Below, piece after piece: positions 1-7,210 of a DNA stretch of 59,585 bases. The stretch's first letter is position 1. Every line of letters starts with the position of its first letter. The position numbers and the translations under genes are program-made. The stretch comes from Candidatus Enterousia sp. (GTDB lineage: Bacteria; Pseudomonadota; Alphaproteobacteria; Rs-D84), in assembly GCA_045637165.1 (NCBI GenBank), contig JAZTYU010000002.1:1-59585 (forward strand), read 5' to 3'. The notes beneath the pieces are model-generated. The model did no database searches, was not told the DNA's origin, and worked only from the letters and a program-made list of their open reading frames with translations.

Positions 1-140
1 TTATGCTCAGTGCCTGCGAAGGCAGAAAATATCTCCAACCAACATGGTTGGAGGGCGGTGAATATATTGAATAAGCCCGCTATTTTCTGAGCATTATAGT
101 TTCGAACCTCCAACCACCCGCTTTGTCAGGTGGTTTTTTA
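1..140 (+). promoter_or_regulatory. Structured leader with competing antiterminator/terminator pairings (candidate attenuator or riboswitch-like element; 5' end may lie outside the window)
   Basis: Hand folding gives 3-10/87-94 (8 bp), 11-14/21-24, 33-40/46-53 (8 bp) and 55-58/77-80. CCTCCAACC at 107-115 duplicates 33-40 and can pair 46-54 (9 bp). It shares 112-115 with terminator stem 112-118/129-135. Confidence 0.35.
112..139 (+). terminator. Rho-independent terminator
   Basis: 7-bp stem AACCACC/GGTGGTT (112-118/129-135), 10-nt loop, T-run 134-139. Confidence 0.55.
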
Positions 141-165
141 TTTGTTGAATAAAAGGGAGTAAAAA

Positions 166-279
166 ATGGGATTTTCAACTGTTAGAAGACGTGCAAGCAC
201 AAGGACTTTTGTAAGCAAAAGAACGGGCGGAATTCGTACTGTTAGCGTTCGTGGTTCAACATATCGCAGAAAAAAATAA
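166..279 (+). CDS. 37-aa highly basic micro-protein (MGFSTVRRRASTRTFVSKRTGGIRTVSVRGSTYRRKK), hypothetical
   Basis: ATG 6 nt after AAGGGAG. Translated by hand; below the ORF-track size cutoff. Stop lies 14 nt before the next gene. Confidence 0.35.
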   Translation: MGFSTVRRRASTRTFVSKRTGGIRTVSVRGSTYRRKK

Positions 280-293
280 AAAAAGGACACAAT

Positions 294-953
294 ATGAAAA
301 AAATATTTTGTATGACATTATGTTTATTAATCACAGCATGCGTTTCCACCGAACAAGTAAAAACAAATGGCATAAAATTTGCCTCCGAATTGGAAACGCG
401 TGCAGACCCGATTGAAGTAATAGAAACATATTTACATTATTTTGAAAACGGAATAACATACAACCATGAAATGGGGACTGCGCATATATTAAGAACTTGG
501 GCATGCGGAAAAACGACGGGAATGTATCCGTCTAATAAAAACGGAAAATATGTTGACTATAATTCTTGTTTAACGGCACAACAACTAATGCGTCCAGAAA
601 TTACATACGAATGCTTTGCACAAGACAATGAGACCATATATAATTCGGACACATGTATTCTGCAACGCAGAAACACCCCGCCATCAAATGTTAAATTTTT
701 TGACTATCAGCGTTTTTTGGGCAAAAACAGCTCCATACAAACGGATGAAGATTTCTTGAAGTTGGTATTACTTTATCTTAAAAGCAAGAACTGCGAACAA
801 GTTGTCGATAGTGTAAAGTGTGCACTAAACAAATCGTATGCAGAGATGATGGATTGTGATAACCCAGGCGAAAAAACACAAGCAGAAATAGAAACATGCA
901 AAAACAAATATTTGGAAGAAATAAAAACACAGGTAAAAACACCGCATAAATAA
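294..953 (+). CDS. Cys-rich lipoprotein, function unknown
   Basis: Signal peptide with lipobox LITAC (MKKIFCMTLCLLITAC). AAGGA upstream of the ATG. Many Cys in the mature part. Confidence 0.75.
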   Translation: MKKIFCMTLCLLITACVSTEQVKTNGIKFASELETRADPIEVIETYLHYFENGITYNHEMGTAHILRTWACGKTTGMYPSNKNGKYVDYNSCLTAQQLMRPEITYECFAQDNETIYNSDTCILQRRNTPPSNVKFFDYQRFLGKNSSIQTDEDFLKLVLLYLKSKNCEQVVDSVKCALNKSYAEMMDCDNPGEKTQAEIETCKNKYLEEIKTQVKTPHK

Positions 954-1053
954 CTTACCGTTTTGTTTGTGTTGGGAGAAGCGAATCCCCAACACAAACA
1001 ATTAAACGCGTTGTCGAGCCACGACAATGCGATTGTCTTATAACTGTGTGTCA

Positions 1054-1061
1054 CCCCCCCC
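1054..1061. repeat. C8 homopolymer tract in a non-coding spacer
   Basis: Counted directly: tcaCCCCCCCCtgcc. Confidence 0.9.
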
Positions 1062-1261
1062 TGCCATTGAAGAGTGGTTAAAAAACACAGTCCCAAAATA
1101 AGAATGCTTTTTTGCCTGATTTCTGCACCTGTCCCATGGGGCACAGGTGGGGCACATGAAATAAAAATTCACCAAAAATGTACATTGACCACAAAACTCA
1201 ATTCATTGATTTTACTTTTGTTTTTTATTGTGTGTTTTTGTGGTTTATTCATTGAATATTT

Positions 1262-1306
1262 TTTGTAATCAGTAGGTCGTTGGTTCAAGTTCGACAACCG
1301 ACACCA
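1262..1306 (+). pseudogene. tRNA-Thr(UGU)-like 3' half (anticodon loop to CCA) with no 5' half; probable att-site remnant
   Basis: Loop TTTGTAA (U33, anticodon TGT, A37); variable AGGTC; T-arm GTTGG-TTCAAGT-TCGAC (3 WC + 2 GU); acceptor 3' strand AACCGAC; discriminator A; CCA. No matching anticodon-stem 5' strand, D-arm or acceptor 5' strand upstream. Confidence 0.55.
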
Positions 1307-1312
1307 GAATAA

Positions 1313-1337
1313 CCCCTTGATTCAAGGGGATTTTTTA
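1313..1337 (+). terminator. Rho-independent terminator just after the tRNA fragment
   Basis: Stem 1313-1319/1323-1329 (CCCCTTG/CAAGGGG), 3-nt loop, then ATTTTTT. Confidence 0.6.
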
Positions 1338-1484
1338 TTGTTTTAACCGCCCTTGAAAACTTGACGAATATTTTTTTGCTACGTATCTGCTACCGTGAAT
1401 TTCCGCGATATTTATACGCATGTATATTAACTTATTTTATTTAAAACACAACTCAAATCCGTTAACAACCAATTTTGGATATAA

Positions 1485-2024
1485 TTATTTCGCAAAGACA
1501 AAATCATCTGGAACTTCGTTTTTTACATCTATACGAAAGCCAGAACTGGTCAAAATCTGAATTTTTATCTTGTTCAAATTGTTTTTTCCAAAGATGTTTT
1601 TACCGATTGGGAAACCTATTGTGCCACGTGGCGGAACGGCCATATTGTCCCCTGGCGCAGCAAAAATCGGTTTTGAGTTTTTTGCGGTGCAATTATCCTT
1701 ATTTGACCACCACAATGCATAACAATCCCACGTTTCAGCCGTATGGTATTTGTCAGACCCCAAATATACGGTATGATTGCCCTTGTTACGTATCATTATG
1801 CACATTTTCTTTTTTCTAATGCACAATGTCGCCTCTAATTTATCACGTGGCACGTACGGGAACAAACTCAAAATTATAACCCCGCAGGTTCCCAGCGCAG
1901 TCATGGCCGTTACAACAAACATGCCCAAATCCCCCATATCCCCATACCGAACATGTAATATCCCTGCAATAATAACACACAGCAACAATACACAAAACAC
2001 TATACCAGCGGTCAAATTTCGCAT
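1485..2024 (-). CDS. 179-aa membrane protein (two N-terminal TM helices plus a soluble tail of about 110 aa), coupled to the upstream ATPase-DUF4435 gene
   Basis: Hydrophobic stretches GIVFCVLLLCVIIAGIL and MFVVTAMTALGTCGVIILSLF. AAGGAG 5 nt upstream overlaps the stop of the preceding gene; 9-nt gap. Confidence 0.6.
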   Translation of the reverse strand: MRNLTAGIVFCVLLLCVIIAGILHVRYGDMGDLGMFVVTAMTALGTCGVIILSLFPYVPRDKLEATLCIRKKKMCIMIRNKGNHTVYLGSDKYHTAETWDCYALWWSNKDNCTAKNSKPIFAAPGDNMAVPPRGTIGFPIGKNIFGKNNLNKIKIQILTSSGFRIDVKNEVPDDFVFAK

Positions 2025-2033
2025 ATTCGCTCC

Positions 2034-3635
2034 TTAATTGGGTATTTTATCGGACGTTGGCATATACGGACGTAAGGCCTCCTTAATATCATTATGCTTA
2101 TCGCCACGAAATAAATTGACAACCAAATTTATATACTCATCACCTTTAGGTAAACCAAAATTTTTTCCGATACTACTGGCAAGCCCCTTGCGATTAAATA
2201 AACGCAAAATATTATCATTATTATTGACATCACAATTATATTTCTCTGAAATCACACGTTCTATTTCCGCGTATTGCCCAATCACCCCGTCTATTTCATC
2301 CTTGCTTATCGCATGCTTTATACGATGTTTCAGCTCAGCAAGAACAGCTTGCCGTATTTGTCTTTCCTTATCCCGTTCAAATTCATTTTTTATATAATCA
2401 CAAGAAAATGTAACTGCTCTTTCATCAGGTTTACACAATTGTTGATTAATTATTCTCAAAACACCGTCTGTACAGAACAGGTTTTCCACTTCTGCGACAC
2501 CAATCACAAAAACCTTGTCTTGTTCCAAAGCACGTATTTCATCATCTGTGCGATAATCCCTATCAATTAACCCAAAACAATCAAGATGATGTAATTGTGG
2601 TTCACTACGCATAGCCCTTACATTTTGAACAACATTTGAACAAGACCCGCATGGAACAACATAATATTTTGAAAAAAATTCAGAATACACCGCAACATCC
2701 CAACTGCTGTCAGTTCCTTCCACAAACAAAACCTTTCTTCGGGCACCCAATATATCCATCATCAACTGTTGTGACAGTTCGCTTTCTTTTGGTATATCTT
2801 CGTATTCCCATGCATCACCATCAAAACTTTTTACCCAAATTTTATCTGATGCTTTGTGATTGGCGGCAAAAGTTGTATCGTGGGTGATGTAAATGAACAA
2901 GCAATCTGGACGCACTTTTTCCATCTCTGTCCATAATTTATTCATAACGGAATGATGCATATGAATTTCCGGTTCATCAATTATAATTGTATGCCCACTG
3001 GGAACACACAAACATTGGGCCATCAAATATAATACTGCCTTTTCACCGTCACTCATCTCAGTGCCGGCGTATTCCGTATCAACCCCAAACTTGATAACGA
3101 CTTGATAATCCTTTAAAACAATCTGTCTATGTGACATAATTTTATTCCAAGTATTTATCAAAACATCAATTTCGCTATCCTCTACACGGGGCATTTCTTT
3201 GTGTTCAATTTGCGCTTGTCGTGCTTTATCCCTAAAGTCGGCGCTTTGTGACATATGCCTTGCAAAGAGTAAAGCCATAACATCATCGCAATCATTCAAT
3301 TCATGCGTTGTGTACTCTGGCCGTCTCAAATCACGCGAATATCCCCAGCGCGACAATTTTGAGTCTGATTGCTTGTCTTCCGCACCATACAACAACTTAT
3401 TCAAAGCAGCGTGTTCAGATTTAACAGGAATATGTTTCGTAAAATTTAAGGCACGCTGACCTGAAATCCTATGAACATTTTGCAAATTTTTATCTTCCAT
3501 CCATGCTCCCAAACGACTTTTACCCGAGCCATTTGCACCTATAATGATTAAAGAATTTTGTTCCGTTGTGCGATGTTCTATCCCTTCAGGATTTTCTGCT
3601 GTTTTTGAAACTGGTAATTGATACGAAAAGGCCAT
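2034..3635 (-). CDS. ABC-type ATPase fused to a DUF4435/Toprim-like domain (PARIS AriA-AriB-like / OLD-like single-chain protein)
   Basis: Walker A GANGSGKS, MSDGEK signature-like, Walker B IIIDEPE, ITHD H-loop. C-terminal VLFVEGTDSSWD, GLIDRDYR and AEVENLF. Confidence 0.7.
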   Translation of the reverse strand: MAFSYQLPVSKTAENPEGIEHRTTEQNSLIIIGANGSGKSRLGAWMEDKNLQNVHRISGQRALNFTKHIPVKSEHAALNKLLYGAEDKQSDSKLSRWGYSRDLRRPEYTTHELNDCDDVMALLFARHMSQSADFRDKARQAQIEHKEMPRVEDSEIDVLINTWNKIMSHRQIVLKDYQVVIKFGVDTEYAGTEMSDGEKAVLYLMAQCLCVPSGHTIIIDEPEIHMHHSVMNKLWTEMEKVRPDCLFIYITHDTTFAANHKASDKIWVKSFDGDAWEYEDIPKESELSQQLMMDILGARRKVLFVEGTDSSWDVAVYSEFFSKYYVVPCGSCSNVVQNVRAMRSEPQLHHLDCFGLIDRDYRTDDEIRALEQDKVFVIGVAEVENLFCTDGVLRIINQQLCKPDERAVTFSCDYIKNEFERDKERQIRQAVLAELKHRIKHAISKDEIDGVIGQYAEIERVISEKYNCDVNNNDNILRLFNRKGLASSIGKNFGLPKGDEYINLVVNLFRGDKHNDIKEALRPYMPTSDKIPN

Positions 3636-3677
3636 CTTACTTTTACCCCTTTATTATTGACAATAACTTATGCACAG

Positions 3678-3705
3678 TATATAGGTAAAAACTCAGATTT
3701 TTCAA
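3678..3705 (-). promoter_or_regulatory. Candidate sigma70 promoter for the ATPase-DUF4435 operon
   Basis: On the minus strand: TTGAAA (3700-3705), 16-nt spacer, TATATA (3678-3683), about 43 nt upstream of the ATG. Confidence 0.3.
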
Positions 3706-3956
3706 TGATACCACGCCAATATTTTATAGAAAACATCACTATTCTGTCCGCCATGCACAACAAAGAGCATTCCCCCATATATATAATATATTCTAGTCCC
3801 TAAAGGGGGACAAAACCCGGGAAATTCTAGGTTGTTTCACAAACACTATGCCGCACGACGCAGGCACTCCAAAGCCCCGCAAGCCCTGATATTCTCGGCT
3901 GTTTGCGACATTTCACGAACAAACTGATTCCAACTTTCTCCGATAAGGTGCACCAG

Positions 3957-3987
3957 TTAAAAAACGCACCATTTGGTGCGTTTTTTT
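3957..3987. terminator. Bidirectional terminator hairpin
   Basis: Stem CGCACC/GGTGCG (3965-3970/3975-3980), loop ATTT, flanked by an A-run and a T7 run. Confidence 0.6.
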
Positions 3988-4044
3988 GTTTGATTTTCCC
4001 TGCCCTTTTGATTTTTATGTTTGGTGTGCCACCCGGGCGGGGTA

Positions 4045-4803
4045 TTATCTGGTTTTACGACGTGTTGTTTTCTTTGCTTTTTCTTGAACAGCGCTTAATT
4101 CGGCCGCGGCACATTCAGCATCAAGCAATTTAAGCCCGTTCGATATTTCCAACATCCTGTCCAGTGACGGAGATGCAGTTTGTAATTTATCAATTTTTTT
4201 GCACAAATCCCCCAACCGTTTCAAATCAAAAGACATACATTTTTGTGCATTATTAAGTGAATCAATATGGGAATTATATGCATCTTCTGCATGCATTTCG
4301 GGAGTAATCAAGGGTGGAAATTTTGCCATCACTGTCGTCCATGGCAATGATGAGCCCTGAAGCCATTGCCAAGTTTCATCAGAACCCCGGCGTTCACGTG
4401 TGGTACGATGATATATAGAACACAATGATTCTATCATTAATCGCTGTGTGGCACGTTCCAGCATGGATATAGCATAATTGATATGCGTTAAACTTTCATA
4501 AACATTATGGGCAAGATTACTGACCGCTTCGGCAATGGGCAAGGTTAATTCCAGAACATTGTTTGTGTAAAAATATGGAATATTGTCCGCATGCAATGGC
4601 AACTTAAAACCCTCTATTTCATCGTAATCGTGCCAATTACGTTTTAATTTCTTGTAGTTTTCGCAATCATGTTCGCCCGTTACGGCATCTGCAACCGCCC
4701 GGTTTGCTTGCTGCTGGGTTTTAAAATAATATCTGCCGCGATAACACCCCGAGAAAGAATCAATAACACGGGCCTCCTTGTTGCTGGGCATGTTATACAT
4801 CAA
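4045..4803 (-). CDS. 252-aa hypothetical protein, monocistronic, inside the defence island
   Basis: Long ORF with its own flanking spacers and a Lys/Arg-rich C-terminus. No motif that I recognise. Confidence 0.65.
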   Translation of the reverse strand: MMYNMPSNKEARVIDSFSGCYRGRYYFKTQQQANRAVADAVTGEHDCENYKKLKRNWHDYDEIEGFKLPLHADNIPYFYTNNVLELTLPIAEAVSNLAHNVYESLTHINYAISMLERATQRLMIESLCSIYHRTTRERRGSDETWQWLQGSSLPWTTVMAKFPPLITPEMHAEDAYNSHIDSLNNAQKCMSFDLKRLGDLCKKIDKLQTASPSLDRMLEISNGLKLLDAECAAAELSAVQEKAKKTTRRKTR

Positions 4804-4944
4804 TTCGTTAAACGTAAATATATTCTGGGGCCCAGCTGGATAATATACTAGCCAGGCATTTTAACGCCTGATATCTCGTAAAGCAAAAATATACTGGATT
4901 CAGGCGGTGATATTTTCTATTATCAAATCAAAGGAAAGGAATAC

Positions 4945-5877
4945 GTGATTGCTATACCCGCTAGATTGCCGGATTATGTTGATTGCAAACCTGTCTTGAA
5001 ATGGGCTGGTGGCAAGGGGCAGTTATTGGACCAAATCGAACCTAAATTGCCATTAAAACTGAAAATGGGTGGCATCAAACGCTATATTGAACCGTTTGTT
5101 GGTGGCGGTGCTGTGTTCTTTGATATCTATAATAAATACCAAATCCAAGAAGCATATTTGTTCGATATCAATCCTGAATTGGTTATTCTGTACAATGTTA
5201 TCAAGCATAATGTTGATGAATTGATTGTTGAATTAACCAAATTGCAGACAGAATATCGATTGACCGAAAATCAAAAAGAATACTATTACGCACGTCGTGA
5301 TGAATATAATGAATTCGACAAAGATATCGATGCGAATGTCTATCGTACCGGTTTTGTTCGCCGTGCGGCATTGACGATATTCTTGAACCGGACTTGCTTT
5401 AATGGCCTGTTCCGTGTGAACAGCAAGAATAAGTTCAATGTTCCAATGGGCAAATATACAAACCCACGCATATTAGATGCAGAAAACCTGCGTAATGTGT
5501 CTGATGCTTTGCAGATTGCAACCATCATTCAGGGCGACTTTGGCAATACATCAAAGTATGTGACGGATAATACATTTATATACTACGACCCACCATATCG
5601 CCCAATTCGTGAGACTTCGTCATTTAATTCATATGCGGTTGGCGACTTTGACGACAATGAACAAATTAGATTAAAGAATGTTTTTGACGCCTGTCATCAA
5701 ATGGGGGCTTTGCAGATGTTAAGCAATTCCGACCCAACAAATTATGTTGACGACCCGTTCTTTGACGACCTGTACCAAGATTATAAGATAAATCGCATTA
5801 TGGCCAAGCGGCTGATAAATTCCAAGGCGGACGGTCGTGATGCAATTCGGGAACTTTTGATTACAAATTATGAATAA
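4945..5877 (+). CDS. Dam-like (D12 class, alpha) N6-adenine DNA methyltransferase
   Basis: LKWAGGKGQLL, EPFVGGGAVFF (FxGxG) and YYDPPY motifs. GTG start after AAAGGAAAGGA. Confidence 0.9.
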   Translation: MIAIPARLPDYVDCKPVLKWAGGKGQLLDQIEPKLPLKLKMGGIKRYIEPFVGGGAVFFDIYNKYQIQEAYLFDINPELVILYNVIKHNVDELIVELTKLQTEYRLTENQKEYYYARRDEYNEFDKDIDANVYRTGFVRRAALTIFLNRTCFNGLFRVNSKNKFNVPMGKYTNPRILDAENLRNVSDALQIATIIQGDFGNTSKYVTDNTFIYYDPPYRPIRETSSFNSYAVGDFDDNEQIRLKNVFDACHQMGALQMLSNSDPTNYVDDPFFDDLYQDYKINRIMAKRLINSKADGRDAIRELLITNYE

Positions 5878-6649
5878 GAAACAGTATCGACTTTATTGTG
5901 AAGATTGCCTGAAAAAGTTAGCCAAAATCCCCGAAAACACTTTTGACATGATTTTTGCGGACCCACCATACATGCTGTCCAACGGTGGTATCACCTGCCA
6001 GAATGGTTGTGTTGTTTCTGTGAACAAAGGCGATTGGGATAAATCGCATGGTCTTAGTGAAGATTTTGAGTTTCATAAAAAGTGGCTGTGTGCTTGTCAT
6101 CGTGTATTAAAGCCAAATGGCACATTGTGGGTCAGCGGTACATATCACAGTATTTATTCATGTGGCTATGCGATGCAGTTATTGGGTTTTCATATCTTGA
6201 ACGACATTACTTGGTTTAAGCCAAATGCCAGCCCGAATATGTCTTGTCGCTATTTTACGGCCAGCCATGAAACATTACTGTGGGCCAGAAAGGACAAGAA
6301 ATCTAAGCATACTTTCAACTATGAAGCGATGAAGAACGGTGATTTCCCAAAAGACTTCATTAAAAAACCAGGGTGTCAAATGCGTAGTGTTTGGGCAATT
6401 GGCACACCGACCATGGCCGAAAAAATACATGGGAAGCATCCAACACAGAAACCACTAGAATTATTGGAACGCATAGTCTTGGCATCAACCAATCCTGGCG
6501 ATTTGATTCTGGACCCGTTTATGGGCAGTGGCACAACCGGTGTCGCCGCACTAAAACATGGCCGCCGCTTTGTTGGCATAGACATGGAATCACAATTTGT
6601 TGAATTGGCTGAAAAAAGATTATATGATGCATCTGAAAAGAAGGATTAA
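5870..6649 (+). CDS. Beta-class N6/N4 DNA methyltransferase
   Basis: N-terminal IFADPPY and C-terminal DPFMGSGTTGVAA. 8-nt overlap with the upstream MTase. Confidence 0.9.
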   Translation: MNKKQYRLYCEDCLKKLAKIPENTFDMIFADPPYMLSNGGITCQNGCVVSVNKGDWDKSHGLSEDFEFHKKWLCACHRVLKPNGTLWVSGTYHSIYSCGYAMQLLGFHILNDITWFKPNASPNMSCRYFTASHETLLWARKDKKSKHTFNYEAMKNGDFPKDFIKKPGCQMRSVWAIGTPTMAEKIHGKHPTQKPLELLERIVLASTNPGDLILDPFMGSGTTGVAALKHGRRFVGIDMESQFVELAEKRLYDASEKKD

Positions 6650-6652
6650 AAA

Positions 6653-7195
6653 ATGAAAGCAAATGGTATTGGTGGTGCAAACACTAAAACAGGATTAGTT
6701 TTTGAAGGTAAAACAGACTTGCGTACATTCCTGTGTAGTCAGCCGGGATATGATTGTGTTGATGACAAACGTGGCTGGGTTTCTGTTTTGTACCAAGATA
6801 AAGAAGTAGCATCTATTTTCAAGAAAACGGCATTATATAAATTCTTGGAATACCGTGGCGTTGATTGGAAAACAATATTGTCAAAACGCTTGTTGCCAGA
6901 TGATTCTATCTATGTAGTTATCAATAACACATTTTTTATCATAGAATGTAAATTTCAACAGGTTGCTGGTTCTGTTGATGAAAAATTACAAACTTGTGAC
7001 TTTAAGAAAAAACAATATAAGAAATTGCTGGCGCAGTTAAATATGGAAGTTGAATACATCTATTTGTTAAGCGATTGGTTCAAACAGCCATGTTATCAGG
7101 ATGTATTGGATTACATTATATCAGTTGGATGCTCATATTATTTTGAATATATACCATTACAGAAATTTGGTTTGCCGGTTCCGAAAGGCGATTAA
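6653..7195 (+). CDS. Putative small type II restriction endonuclease (PD-ExK)
   Basis: LLPDDSIYV ... FFIIECK gives a PD-(D/E)xK arrangement. Starts 3 nt after the MTase stop. Confidence 0.55.
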   Translation: MKANGIGGANTKTGLVFEGKTDLRTFLCSQPGYDCVDDKRGWVSVLYQDKEVASIFKKTALYKFLEYRGVDWKTILSKRLLPDDSIYVVINNTFFIIECKFQQVAGSVDEKLQTCDFKKKQYKKLLAQLNMEVEYIYLLSDWFKQPCYQDVLDYIISVGCSYYFEYIPLQKFGLPVPKGD

Positions 7196-7210
7196 GATAT
7201 AAGGAACGAT

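Noticed and set aside
96-118. AGTTTCGAACCTCCAACCACC resembles AGTTCGACAACCGACACCA at 1288-1306, suggesting possible direct att repeats flanking a 1.2-kb insert.
   Set aside because: The alignment needs gaps and several mismatches. The left copy is better explained as part of the leader/terminator structure.
1230-1306. A possible complete tRNA ending at the CCA at 1306.
   Set aside because: Only 5 of 7 acceptor pairs form with 1230-1236. There is no anticodon-stem 5' strand (TATTT/AATAT versus the required ACTGA) and no credible D-arm. Only the 3' half is tRNA-like.
3903-4133. A 76-aa plus-strand ORF in the spacer.
   Set aside because: It runs straight through a strong bidirectional terminator and into the 3' end of the 252-aa gene on the other strand. 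It has no SD.
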